A stretch of DNA of 64,000 nucleotides, taken from positions 310,001 to 374,000 of the forward strand of contig CM082586.2 of the NCBI GenBank assembly GCA_040954595.2, read 5' to 3'. This DNA comes from Balanoglossus misakiensis (Eukaryota; Animalia; Hemichordata). Positions within the stretch are counted from its first letter, which is position 1. Each line of letters opens with the position of its first letter. A program made the translations under genes and the position numbers. Below, one piece after another: positions 1 to 13,950 of the stretch. The notes beneath the pieces were generated by a model, which did no database searches, was not told the DNA's origin, and worked only from the letters and a program-made list of their open reading frames with translations.

Positions 1-712
1 ACGGCAATAAATAAATCCCACGGGTCTCGTGCTATCAAGCATTCTTCCTTCCTCCCCTCCCCTCCATCTTCCCCTCTCTCCCCCTTTCAACAAAATAATA
101 AATAAAACCGTTGGCTGTTGTGTGCTATTCTGTGAATTTCAGTACATTTAGCATATGAATACATCTTGGTTTCAACTCGTCATAACAAGGTGTATGCCGC
201 GATCCTATTGGCCGAGACTGGCACAGGTGCACATCTACATGCCACGTGGCATGGCTTGCTGCATGAGCGTGTCACTTTGGCTCAGTCAACCGTCATGTAT
301 GGACGATGTCTTGGACCATTTTGGAGACGGAAAATACTCCGTTTTTGCAGTCGAGTTAAACGCTGTAAAGCATGCTCCGGGCTCGAGTCCCCATGTGTAA
401 GGAAAACAAGACTTCCTTGAATTGGAATAACGTCGCGAAACTCCAACTTTGACTTTCCTGCTTGATAGAAGACATCTACATGGCATGCGGCATTGGACAT
501 CACTCCAGGATTCAACGGACATTGTGTTTGCCATTCAAGGATGTTTCGCTCGGATCTACAGTTCATTGATTGCATGGAATGACTTTGCATGATCGTGAGT
601 TACCGGGAATCTGGATATACACAGATCACTCTGGTGATTTGGAGGTTAGTTCAATCATGTTTTCTTATTGCACGTATTTTACCCTTTTGGCATATACAAT
701 GCTTCACAATGC

Positions 713-762
713 GATACGATACGATACAATATCATACAATACAATACAAAACAATACAATAC
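713..762. repeat. Degenerate (ATACR)n pentanucleotide microsatellite
   Basis: gatacgatacgatacaatatcatacaatacaatacaaaacaatacaatac. Confidence 0.8.
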
Positions 763-1179
763 TAAAATTTATAATCCGGCCCGGGGAGAAATTTCAAAAT
801 GTCATGAAAGGTCAACAGGAGGTCATAGATACACGAAAAAGTGATCAAACACGTCATACGAATGTAATCAATATACATGTTAGAAGACATATCACATGGT
901 GATAACGATTAATTTAGCAGTTTTTCAATTTGGACAGTTTGGAGTAGATGGATACTTTGTTTTGAAAGTGGAACGCTTTACTAAACCCGAAGGAAATGTC
1001 AAAGATTTTCTATACCGATAAAAGAGGGCGCACTCCACAGGGTCATCAGTTGATCCATTGTGAGACTGGTGTCAGTAGGTGACGTGTTTATTCTTGACAA
1101 AAATGGCCTCTTGGTCACAATTGACGCGACGTCCTTCGAATCCCGTCATATTTGAAAATTTGCATATTTAACAGCTGTA

Positions 1180-4100
1180 TCATTCTAACCAATGTATGTA
1201 GGTTGGCCAGTATATCATATTGAAAATTAAGAATGTTATGGGAAATAAAATCCGACTGAAATAATCAATAGATTCTGGCACGGAAAGTTTTGAGTGACCG
1301 ACAAGCAGAAAGTGTAATTTTGGTACCAGACGATTGTTTGTGTGTTCTTCAGATAAATCGAAGTCGATTCTCACATCAGTTGGTGTCAGCGATTTGGACG
1401 CCTACAATGCAATAAAAGAGTAGATATTTGTTAACCTTGCTTAGTTAGTAATCGTTCGCATAGAATCTAACAAAATATTTATACTGCTAATTTCCATAAA
1501 TCTGACCTGTTTGTGTGTTGCATAATTGGCTTTTTAATGACATGCGAGCAATTTTCATCGATCGACCTTTTATCTTACTTACATTGGTTTCGCTGTTTTT
1601 ATGATTGGTTTCGGTGATTGGTTGCATTTCCGTGGGAGGATTTACAACTTCCTTTTTCTTGTCTTGCCCGGACCTCTTCCTCTCTTTGAGAGTGATATAA
1701 TTAACTGCAGCGTATTCTACTAATGCAGCAAAGACGAATATCAGACACACAGACATCCACACGTCGATAGCCTGTCATGGCGGAAAGAAAACAATGTTCA
1801 ATTATCACTATTGATCTGCTTGAGAGGTTCAATTGATACAGATGTTGAAATTTTCACACTGCCTTGAGGTGTTAAAAATGGCGTCTGTTATTCTAGACGC
1901 CAGTGTTTGCACGTAATCAAATCGCAAAGCGTTATTGCAGAATGCTAATGAAATGCTCTCTGTCAACGAAAATAGCACACTTTTTGAATTCGTCAACCTT
2001 GACACTATATTCTAGTGGTAATCGACTTGACCTCTTGGTGGAAAATGTACGAGTGCAATATATACAGGAAATTGTCACCAGGAGGAAGTTTCAAATTGCA
2101 TTGTGTAATGTAGACCTGAGGTTTATAATGATTGAAATGTTGTCACAGTGCCCATTATGCAAATCATCTATTGATATTCTAGGGGTGCCTACGCGGAATT
2201 GAACCGTCGACACCCGAAACGAACGAATAAGCAATTAAAGCACCTAGCAAGATAAAATCCCTTCATGAAAAGTGTGTACGCAATATAAATAGTTGTTACT
2301 TCCTTACACGTTACTACGGATGTAATTGGCCACTGCCAGACAGAAAATGTGAAAGTATTTCAAATCAGATCAACTTTGCTTCCCTGTCTAGTGAAGGGGT
2401 TACGAGGCTAATAAAATAGCAGTCTGGTACAAAATCGCTCTCTGCTTCCCAAATAGTATTAGATGGTACAAATATTTACTGGACAGGATCCGCTGAAGCT
2501 TGATCGAAAAGCATAACAAACTCAAACACTAATCATTATCCATGGATATGAAGAGTGCCACTTTATCTTGTTTGATTGACGTCCCGGTAGACTATCGCCT
2601 GGGAGAAAAGCGATGTCAAGGTTCCGTTTCAAAGCATATCCACGAGATTTCTATAGGAGACCATGTGGAAAGTAAAATTTGCTATGATAGCCATATGGGA
2701 AATCAATTATCTCATCATTCAAAGTCACGCGGTAGAGTATCAACCATATGGTGAAATTCTCTTTAGTGTATTCGTCCCTCGCGTAAATCATGTTGTCAAG
2801 TTAATCGAACCATCATCGCTATCATTTACATAGTCAAATATTTATTTCAGTAATTCAAACTAACGGATCAGACGTTTACCCAATTTAAAAAAACCTTGAG
2901 TAGAGACACTTGTTGTAACGTGCTACCATTTAATATGCAAATTAAGAAGACCATTCAAGACACGCCTTTGTGCTGATGGTTTGTCATCACGTGATTTGAG
3001 CGAATTTGTATCGATTTGTACTCAGCAGTCTTGATAGCTTAATCCTACGCAGATCTCACATGTGATACATTCTGCAGTTCAGGACACACATAGTAACAAC
3101 TGAAGCATTTTAAAATAAAACTCTTCAAAACTGCCTATTTGGGACAATACCGGACAATTCGGCCAATCGTATCGTTTTGGAACGACTCAGTCATAATAAA
3201 ACGCCATGAATCGCATAATTCAAACATACACTATAATAGCAGCCATATGATTCAATTTTATTCCCGCTTCTGTATTCCACATGCACCATTTTGTCACATC
3301 AATCTCGTTATTATTTCGATATATTATTGATATCGAAGATAATTTTTAACTGAGCTACCAGACAGAAGTATGGTTACCTGATACTATCATGTCTGGCGAA
3401 AAGAAAATTGTTGTCGGATAACATAGGCCACTCTAATCTAACCCTCTATAATTGGCGCCATCGCATTTTAACATGCCTAAAAGCAATGCGAGATATTCAC
3501 GGAAGGACAACAATTTAATGGTAGCATAGTAACATTATCAACCCCATGGCGTTGACAAAAATAGAGCTGAAAAAATATCCAATTACGGCGATGGTTCCCT
3601 TCGGACACGTTACCAATCATTAAACAGAAACATTGTTAGAGATAGTTGTTTATGGCATGATTTTCCAAGAACCCTGGAATTCATCATTATGCAGCGAGAA
3701 ATTCCTGTGCCTATTGTTCTGTGCATTAACAAAACACATCTGGTGGGTTCATTGAATGTGTTTCATATTCACCGCTGCGTGGGCCAAAAGACTAATAGAA
3801 ATAAATGTCCTTGACTACCTTGTCTTTCGTGAACTGTAGGATTAGCTTATTATTATCTTCAACTTCGTCATATTGCATTCCGCCCTGATGTTTAGAGAAC
3901 ACATAATTGAAAGTAACAAAACAGAGATTGCCGGTAAAATAAAACAAAATCTATAAAGTCCAGTTTAGAAAAGTCCCTTGACTTGCCACTATAAACAGGT
4001 TTGACTGAACATACAGACATAAAGACATAAAGACACACACAAAATATTGTTGTCTACTTACTTTCAAATTGGACACATTGGGCACAGCCCCCTGGATCCC

Positions 4101-7100
4101 GTTCATTTGAGTGCTTATTGTTAGAAGCGCTGTCATACAGAGAGACACTCTTGCCGGTTCCGAATTTGGATTTATCCAAAATGAAAACCAGGACAGGACA
4201 ACAATAAGTAAACTTGGTAAATAACTGCTCATGATGAACATTTCCCGTCGTCGCCTTAAACCAAAGCGCGCCAAAAGACATGAAAAGTTGCCTGTGTGAA
4301 CAAGAAAATAATGGTAATGATTTAAAATCAAATATGAACAATTAAAATTATTTTAAATTTACCAATAAAAACAAAGTTACGTTTTGCGATGAGCGTTTAC
4401 TTTGAAAATTTTGTGCGGCTCCCAGTCTCGAACAAAAATGGGTCAAAGGTGAACATTGAAACTTATACTCACCGGTCGTGTATTCTCTAACACAAATGTC
4501 CCGTTCAGCATAGGCAGATGTAATTTCAAACTGTGGTAACAACAAATGGTCGTCCATTTCTAGAGCAATCAATGTATCCTCGAACGAGGCCCAGTGAAGA
4601 ACAAGATCCTCTATGGCGTAGGAAACTGCACGGAAAATTAAATTAATCCATCCACCCAACCAACCATCCAACCAACCACCCAACCAACCAACCAACCAAC
4701 CAACCAAACAACCAAAGATAATCATTCATGATCGCTTAAACGACAAAACGAAAAGTTCCCAAAATATTTGTAGGATACCTACAACTTTCGATGTCAAGGC
4801 TACAGGTCTGGTCATCCATAGGATATCGTTCTAAACTCATGTGACAGGCCAACGTTAGCGTCACCCTGAAGATGTTACAAAAAGGTCCAAGATTAGAAAA
4901 ATATACTCGACACGCGCATATGTAATTAGAGAAGTAAAGCCAGGGGAATTTGAGTGTCAATATCATTAATCCATTCTAAACACATTTCATGTGTATTTTT
5001 ATCAATATGTTTAAATTGATCACAAATGTGGATAAGATATTAACACCCTTGCATAGTCACATACTTTGGACAGGTAACCTCTTAAAATAGATTAGTCTAT
5101 TTTAAAATAGATTCATCGCTTAGTTACATACAGTTGTACATTTCAGTGTTTCACTGACAGAAGAGAGACAGGCGAGAAATGTGATCCAAAACAAAGAAAT
5201 AGCTCATGTTTAAACAGGTGACTTAATTTAGAAACAGACAATGTCCGGGGGATTATTTGACACCTGACAGTGTTTCTAGTGTTTAAGAATTTCCATTATG
5301 TTCGTGACTGTATAAACATACGTATGGCGTTTGTAGTCATAATGTACGTGCGACTCTTTGAAACGATCTCCAACACAGGTTCGTAAACTGTTTGATTTGT
5401 ACTGTTCTTGAAACGAACGACTCATTTCAAATTTGTTGCAAATTCTCTGGTTCATGTACTGAAAATTTCAATTCCACAGATGTTTCTTGACCATGTTTGT
5501 GATAAACTGTCCCAAAGGATGAAATCCCAGACTCATAAATTGTGTGCTGCCTGTTTGTCTGCATATCATATTTTCGCCACCTTAATTGCCTTTTCATCAC
5601 GGCTGATTTTCAGGTCAATGTACTAAATGTATATGAATCAGACGTGTGCTATTAGAATTTATCTGGTCCATCGACAGAATAACATACTCAGACATGGCTG
5701 AATGTCAAGTTCAAAGTATGCGGTAAATAAAATGAACAAGTCTGCCTGGTCTTAAACCCCCATCTCCTACACAACACTAATCACGTGGAGACTATTAAAT
5801 CTGAGAGTAGAGTCCTTTCAGCCACAAATGAATATTAACTCGTCTGAACAAAATCGATATCAGCGGCAGGTTGCTGTGTCAGGATGTTGAGTCATTTAAA
5901 TGGCTATCATTTGGTGAATTTTGCGTATTACAAGAAACCTATGCAACATAACATAGAATACTATAAGAAAGGGAATTTTTCATTTTCCTTTCCTTTAAAT
6001 TCATTGTTCTGAAGGTCACTTTTCAAATTACTAATCACCCTATCCAGTACTTATGAATATGGATTTTGAAGTCTCTCTGTAGTATTTGCAGCAAATCGAT
6101 GTTTAGGGAAAACTGTGAGTTCTACTATATGTATACGTAATGATAGATGAGGAAGTGTTCAGTTCAGGTCATATTTACATAGCACTATCTGCATAAAACA
6201 GCCATGTTAGAACTTGAATAGTACATTTAAAAGAACATACCCTGGAGCTAGAGGCGTATGATTGAAAATGGTTCACTGGTTAAAACGTTAATGCATCATG
6301 GTCGAGTGGTTCAAGGGATTTGATTCACAGCGTCGAAGGATTAGAAATCGGAAGCCTTTGACCAGTCGAGGATATTGCAAATATCAAAGCACTTCAATTC
6401 TCAGATTTTCTGCTCAAGAGGGTCATACCAGGTTATGTAGGAACAGTTTTGAAGTCAAAGTAAAGCGTGTCTTTATACAGTACAGGCTACTGTGAGTGTT
6501 ATCATCTGCTGCAGTAACTTTGAAGGCTGGAGATAAACCCCACTAATCATATTACATAAAAATCTATTGAGAGTTGTAAGCAAATGACAATTCCTACCTT
6601 GTACTGTGAAGAACTGTTCCATCCGGGTGAATTCTTAGTAGCGTATTCTCCATGGTGATGACGTGAAAGCGCGCGCTTTTCTCATCAGGAAAAAACAAGG
6701 GAGGCAGCCATAATTTCTTCACTCCTTCCGCGCCAAATGCTACACTGTGATTTTGTTTGTCGTAATATCTTAGCCTTGGATCGACCCATCGCGTTCGAAA
6801 AAACATGTTTACTGTGTAATCCTAAATGCAAAAAAAAAAACACAAGAATTATTTCTGTCACACTTTCTGTTACTCATATCAGTACAGTGTTTATGTGAAG
6901 ATATCATATAAGATGCCCAAAAGTTTATGTTTATGTACAGCGATTTTGCTTGACATCATTCATGACATTTGTATCCATTCATATAGGATGTTGTCATCAT
7001 CACAAATCTCTCGGCACTGAAATCCGACTGTAACCCCGTTTCATAACCTTCACCCTATCCTACATCTGTCAGACAAGATGTCTATTAAATTGCATGATGT

Positions 7101-10100
7101 AAAACCAAACATAAATCTGCCATGATATCGTCAAATTTAATGAACACCTGATGTTCCAGATTTGACTAATTTAGTGTTTCCATTAGTTGGCATACTTGCA
7201 ATCAGGACAATCTTAATAATACACCGTCATTCTCGTTAATCAATGTCTGCTTGATACATAATTTGTGCCCGTTGTCAGTAATAATTTCATAAAGTCAATT
7301 TACAACTTGAATTTGGCATGTCGCGTTTATCCCTATGGATTATTTCCGAGTTAAAGTCCTTCACAATCAGATTACAAAGCGCTACTTAATAGTGCCTTAC
7401 GGGTCCATTCACCGGATCCACTCGTATATGAATTGCTTGGATATGATTTCTTAATGCCCAGGGAAATTTATCTGTAGGATGAGTTTGTTCGCTTTGATTG
7501 TCATGTTGCTATGGGTCTCAATATTTGCTTTGGTTTTGCTGAAGAAGGTATGATGCGTTTGAATACTGACCATTGTGTTGTCTGATGACGACTGGAAACT
7601 GTTAATTCTAATACTGCAAATCACGTGAACAGGAGGGCCTGTAAAATTCAAAATACATAATCGAGTTAAGGATAAATGTTTATAAAACTTTATTTTGCAA
7701 GTGACAATGCGATAATTAAACAAACCTGAATACTATTAACTAGAAATATTGAAGAGGCTGCATTTTAAACCACACGGTTTTTGCTGTATACCACAGGTGG
7801 CGGAAAACTACATATCTGTTAATTTAGCATTTATATTAAAATGATGTGGGTGGTTTTTGATGCTAATCACGACCACCATTTTATCAGACAGCAAGGATTC
7901 ACATTGATAGCAAGACACGGCATCAGCTGAATGTTGTCTCAGTCACCATCAGCCCTGTGACATCGCACTGTGGATCGATGGCGTAAATTGCATGCAAAAA
8001 CGGGACTGTGATACTAAATAACATGATTACAAAGGAAACGCTGCAGGTCTTTTCCCGGCTCTGTGCGATTTATGGCTACAAATGCATTAAAAAAAAACCA
8101 AGGACGATTTTTACGACATCATTAAAGTGAAATATAAAGCGATTCAATCGCCAAGCCTTTATCAGAACCACATCCTTGTCTGAGTAAAAAAATGATCCAT
8201 TGATATCAGGTTTTGCAGATGACCCTGGACAAGCATGTAATACCAAAGGAACAAAGGGCAGTATATTTAATAAATTCATACATGTGTATACATTCATATA
8301 TGCTGGATAATATGTTAATATTTGCAGTGGTGCGCCAAAGCTGTTACATCCTGTTCAGGAGGTCAGGTGGAGCAAGTTAGATGCAACGCGCTGATACTAT
8401 ATTATGTGATCTCAAATATACCTATTCAAAAATGACTTGATAAGTTTAATGCATTGCAAATCCAGCCTTAATCGTAAAATAACTTGTGTGCTTTGTGGCA
8501 ATGTACACCCAATGCGAATCTCATGAACGCGCAAGGTTTCATGGGAAATCGCGGAGCGGAAGTGCGGAAATTGACCAGACGACGCTATCCTTTAACACGG
8601 AAGTGATCGATGTTTGCGTGCAAATCGTCAAAATACGAAGGAGCATGTGGTTTTTAAATAAAACGACACCAAGCACTAGTTGATACGCTCACTGGTGAGT
8701 ACCCCCATGTATGTTTTTAGACTGAAATATTGTATATCGGAAAGATATCGTAGTTTTTCGTGTGCTTTAGCGGCGAGCGATTGGGTCCACACATTGTTTA
8801 CACTGACCTGATCCCTTTGCGGGAACGCTGAAAATCCGTTTGTTTCGTGTTTACGGAAATATGTCGGTGAAATATACTTCAAGACATCTTGTCTGAAGCG
8901 TCTATGTTCCTCTGGTACAGACAGACTTAAATATAATCAGAAAAATTACGACGTCCTCGAAAATGTAAAGCCGCGAGACTACGGGCTGCACGTACGCGGA
9001 CGACCGGGCGCTGCTCTCTTGGCTGCCGAGGACCTGTACGTTCGCGTCGCGTCGTCTCATAGCGTCGTCTGGTCATTAATTTCCCATGGAACCTTGCCCG
9101 TTCGCGAGATTCGCATTGGGTGTATACACTGTAGCACGCCTCAGAGCAGTACTATTATGTGGCTGCCCTCAAGGCAGCGCTGTCATATAGATGGCTTGTG
9201 GGCAGATCAGATAGGATCTTTGGTTTTAAGTTTTGCGTTCTTGAATCTCAAAGTGTAACTGTAATTTTGTTCTTGCAGGGGTATTTAACCACGTGGTTTG
9301 GCGACCAGCACGACTACAAACCCACCATGATGTTTACAAGTAGAGGCAACATAAAGCCAAAGAACAGAGGAAGGTGAGTTAAATTACACCAGTTTATTTC
9401 AAGAAGCTGCCATCAGGGCAGTACTGTCATATACACTGTAGCTGCAGGAGTTCACCTTAGGAGGGAGAGATGCGAGTATCATTGCACAGTCAGTGAATAA
9501 TCTGTTCCATCGTTCTACAGACATAAATCCGGCGGAAAACATAGCCGTAAAACCACAAAAGTTATTGGGTAATTAACATCTGTGAACACCTGACAACATA
9601 GATTATTCCTATAGGTGCACTTAGTGGCATGTCAGATAAGTCTGTTCTAAATTAGAACGTTATCAGAGGATTAAACACTTACTCTGAAAAGTTTTCCCTG
9701 CCCTCTTTTTCACACAAACGTTTAAACCCCCAAAAACTGTCCTACCGTGAAAATTTGGACGCAAGGCCTTGTCGTATGACGACGAATTTAATAAATTTGA
9801 TACCATGGTCAGGGCTGATGACGTAGTTGGCGATAATGGCAACGAAGTGGTCTGGTCGTCCCATCCAGCAGCGTAACTGAAAATTAATGAAATGGGTAAC
9901 CTCATAATATAAAACCAAGGAATGGTGGACCCATTCACACATTTTATGCATCAACCATTTGGCGTAATGGTTGATGATAGAGATTCAAAATGAAACTTCC
10001 GATTGGTATTAAGTCAAGTTCAGTGTGTAACAGAAAGGGAAATGGAGCAACAAATGATAGGGACTGGAATACTTACCCTAGTAACGCCCAAACTAGTATG

Positions 10101-10117
10101 TCACGTAATGCACACAT
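1180..10117 (-). CDS. Glycine receptor alpha-like Cys-loop ligand-gated chloride channel subunit, paralog A (divergent), 9 coding exons
   Basis: GT-AG exons join in frame: 10077-10117 (signal peptide [14 protein letters not shown]), 9746-9876 ([11 protein letters not shown]), 7571-7638, 6598-6821 ([11 protein letters not shown]), 4783-4865 (Cys-loop [15 protein letters not shown]), 4473-4625, 4062-4291 (TM1-TM2, PAR motif), 1583-1771 ([11 protein letters not shown]3), 1180-1401 (TM4, [10 protein letters not shown]). Second loop-C disulfide ([12 protein letters not shown]) is typical of GlyR/GluCl. Confidence 0.93.
4646..4716. repeat. (CCAA/CCAT)n microsatellite, intronic
   Basis: Direct reading. 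It explains the [13 protein letters not shown] text. Confidence 0.85.
8506..9122. mobile_element. Non-autonomous DNA transposon (MITE), 617 bp, in an intron of GlyR-like A
   Basis: About 44-bp imperfect TIRs CACCCAATGCGAATCTC..GAACG.GCAAGGTT.CATGGGAAAT at 8506 and inverted ending at 9122, flanked by TA on both sides. A second internal inverted pair TGACCAGACGACGCTAT at 8572-8588 and 9059-9075. Confidence 0.85.
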
Positions 10118-10943
10118 TGTAATGACGTCCAGAAGGCTAGGATAGCGTCGTCTGAAAGAAAAAAAATGACAATGATTGAAATTATTCTCCTACGTTCATG
10201 TATATCCTCGAATAATGAACTGTGTCAAAGTCAATGTCGGTTGAAGGTATCAGGATACCAAGGGAATTTACAACACATAGATAGGAAATTTGATAGGATA
10301 TAAGTGTGATAAAATAATCAAAAAGACATGAACTTGACCGTTTGAAGCACTTTAATTATATAATTAATAAGTTGATTGAAAAATTAATATTTTAACAGAA
10401 CCCTCAACACGGCAGCTAAAACAAGACAATAAATAATGTGTGAAAAACAATCATCTCTTAATTTTCCGTGATAAAAAACAATTAACTTTAATTGGATACC
10501 GTCATTGTCATTGTCATTAGTACCAATACTGTACTAAACCGCTGTATGAGACCCATACAACGCAGTGTCATGAAAGTTGAGAATAACGCAAATTTTACCA
10601 AATGACTATTAGCACAAGTATTCGGGGCAATTTGGGGGTAATGTGGTGGTTTAATGAGATCGCGGGTAAAGAGAAAATAATATTGCACGCATAGCTGGTG
10701 TTGTAACGCTGATTACCTTCCTTAGATTCTATGTACATCAGTTTTCATTATATGAAGGTGGAAATCATAGAACAGAATAAAAATTCTCTTCCCATCATTT
10801 AAATACACCCATGGGGAGGTTGTGAGTTAAGGCTTTGCGAATATCCATGATTTGTAAAAACTGAATATGAGGCCTGTCCCAGTTAATCTCTAAAAACATA
10901 ATTTTCAAGTCATCCTCGCATAACCATTCAACCGACACATACC

Positions 10944-10957
10944 GTTGCTATAGCAAC
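10944..10957. promoter_or_regulatory. Palindromic RFX X-box-like motif
   Basis: GTTGCTATAGCAAC is a perfect 14-bp palindrome about 0.8 kb upstream of the paralog A ATG. A CRE (TGACGTCA) lies at 11287. Confidence 0.5.
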
Positions 10958-13907
10958 AGCTGATGTGGGTCAACGAAGACATAACTCCTGTTGCTCTAAG
11001 TTGTAGACTCTTGACTTATAATATATGAACTTGACCAACGAGGTCTGAAATTTTCGATGATGTAAACAGACAAGGATCCAGTGAAAATGGCAGATTTTAT
11101 CATCTATGTAAGGTATTCGGCCAGCTTTTCTCGTATCGTAAAAAGAGGAGAATTTAGACACTCACTTTTTGGAAGCAGCTCTTTATCCGAATAAATGGAG
11201 AGTGACAACAACCGCACCATCCGCTCTTCACCTATATGTGTGAATTCACTCTAATACCGCGACTTCTATAGCAATAAAATCAGTGTTGACGTCACTCTCC
11301 GGTGAGCAGCTTCGTCGCAGCCCGGCAACAGTGGTCTCTGCGCTGTAGAATCTGGCGGCTATTGACTGTCGGTTTGCAGCCTCGAGGCTCTCACAGACAA
11401 TCAGTGGCTACCTGTCCACATCGATGGTCGCTCTGAACACTGTGTCAGTCACAACCCAGTGTGCGTTTAACCCTAACGTAAGAAACGTTATAAATTGTAT
11501 GCAAGCGTCTATCGTATGCCACCAGTCATACATTATGAAGTTCCGTTATTGGACGTTGGCATTCGTATGCCTCATCAATATTAATAACATTTTACGATCG
11601 GATTGAAGTGAGATGGCACTCTGCAGACCCTGACTGAGAGATTGAGGTGGACGCACCTGCGCATGCCTGGGAGGATAAACTTTGAATTCCCGAAACATAA
11701 AATTAATCACTGTGTGCCCTTAATAGTAAATCGTTCTTATATGTCTTCCAGTGCAACGAATTGCGCGTGTAAAAAAAAGAATCTGTTAAAAGAGCTCGAT
11801 AAAGCGTTTATATATAAGTGAATATGTTGTATGTTTCTAAGATGATGTTTTAAAATTAGATATTTATCTCTTTATGTACGTGCGATATCGGCAACAATAA
11901 TGACAAAAATTATGATGCAATTCAAAACTTAGTATTTAATTATTTCAATTTCAAAGTCGCCGAATGAAATAATGATTGCAGATCTCATTAAGTTCTAATG
12001 AGAATTTCTCAAATGATTCATGGATGAACATTTTAACGACATGTGGTCAAATTAATTTTCGTCATAACCAGTAAAAGAGTCAAGTTGTTCAGTAAACTAG
12101 TTGAGTTCTTAATTAAACCATTGGTGGTTCGGTTATTGGCGATATAAATTAATTGATAGTAATTAAAACAAAATATACCCTAGGCGTTTGTTCAGCCGTT
12201 GTATATAGACCAGTAGAATTATGTGAAAACGCTTCCGGGCATAATACAATTCCTTTCGTTTAGGCAGAGGTGCATTGATAATGAGAGTCTGGGTGAGATA
12301 GATTAAAATGCAGGGCTTGGACTGTGAAATAATAGTGTTCGTTCTAGAATTTTAAATTACGGCATACCTACGATCTAGTTGCCATAATGAGAGTAATTGG
12401 TATAGAAATGATCAATTCTTAAAACAGGAATATGACAACATCAAGAGTCGATACAAATTTACAGGTTACGCTTTTTTCATGCACAGTGCAATCTTATATT
12501 CGTTGGTAAAAGTATACAATGAAAGGAATTTCTTTTCATTGTGGAGACCATAATCTATTCTCCAATACGCATGGACCACTATGTTTATTTGATATACGAT
12601 ATCGATAATACATTTATGTCACACATTCTATATCAGATCCAGACGTCGCGTCAGTCATTAGTTATAAATGTCCTTTTTTCAAAAGTAGTCAAGTATCCTC
12701 ACCATTGTTAATATTTCATAAAGTCATTTTTCATCAATGGATCTAACATTACCATCATATGTGCAGAGAGCGCCCTCGAGCGACGGATTATCCAGTCTCT
12801 GGTTATTTGGAGCTTTATCGTTGGATACTAGTATTTTACACGGTAGCCATTCAACATGTACTTGTTTTTAAATCCCCAGGCATTTGTACTGAATAACCAT
12901 GTTGAATTTGAGTGAGCTTACGGTGTCAACATGCTTTGGAAGTCCTTTACTTAAACAGGTATTATGCCAAAGTACACATTAAGTTGCAAATGGGAAGTTA
13001 AGGGTTTATGACAGCCGACAAAGTAATGAGATAGGGATACGACAGAAAGCATTTGACTTTCTCTCCAGAATCGACCGACAAAACCCCAGTGCTGTATTTG
13101 CCTTTAGAGTTATGCAGATTGGAATGCACATTGTGTTTCCTCGAGGAATTCTTTCAGAATCTAATCAATCTCTATTTTGCATTTAGACTAGACTATAGTT
13201 TGAAGCATGAAATTTTCATCATCGTACTCTGTACCATTACTAGTAATGAAGCAATCGTTATGTCGCTGTATCATTTTAATATCATTCCCTCACGTTCGTA
13301 CTATTGAAAGGGGCATTGGCTGTATCTTTTGGCTACATTTTCAGTATTTTTATTCTGAATACTAACTACTGGACTGACGTTTCAGTGTTAACCGCCCTCG
13401 CCGGCAAACGAAGTATATCGTCGTTTTCGCGAACAGCACCATCACATACAGCACTGCAAGGACATGACCATTTCACACAAAAAAGTATTTTATAAAAAAA
13501 ACTTTATTTTTTAAATCGCAGTACAACTGCAACGCGAACTGCTTACAATTACAACCACATAGGTTATGTACATATAGCACGGATGAGAATGACGGCCACA
13601 TGTGCGGTTTGGTGAGAAAAATTTCTTAAACATGTTGCTTAGAAACAGTTTCACATAAAATGCGTCAATACACAAGTTTACATAGCAACTGTGTCAGTAA
13701 GCCTTATGGCAATCATATAATTATATTATAAATTAGTAAATGTATAGAACTCCTTGCTCCTTTTGACCGAGTTTATGTTCGTTGTTAAATTGATATTGCA
13801 ATTTCTTATGAGGATCGTAGTAACCGGCCTCAACTAAAACATTCTGCTGTCAAATGAAAATATGGATACTAGACTTACAACGTTGCCCCACCTATATGTT
13901 TAGTTCT

Positions 13908-13940
13908 ATGTCTGTCTGTCCGTCTGTCTGTCTGTCTGTC
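13908..13940. repeat. (TGTC)n microsatellite just 3' of the GlyR-like B stop codon
   Basis: tgtctgtctgtccgtctgtctgtctgtctgtc. Similar tracts at 15370-15447 and, in reverse, at 37141-37222. Confidence 0.8.
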
Positions 13941-13950
13941 CCTCTCTCTA

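Noticed and set aside
140-645. GC-richer segment with overlapping 80-100 aa ORFs (possible exon or TE fragment)
   Set aside because: No recognisable motif in any frame and stops interrupt each frame. It needs BLASTx to resolve.
6292-6370. tRNA-like A-box (TGGTCGAGTGGTTCAAGG); similar weak trace near 15715-15770
   Set aside because: No B-box or cloverleaf. At best a decayed SINE head.
11405-11440. Possible REST/RE1 site (CTGTCC...GCTCTGAA) upstream of GlyR-like A
   Set aside because: Half-sites are degenerate and spacing is non-canonical.
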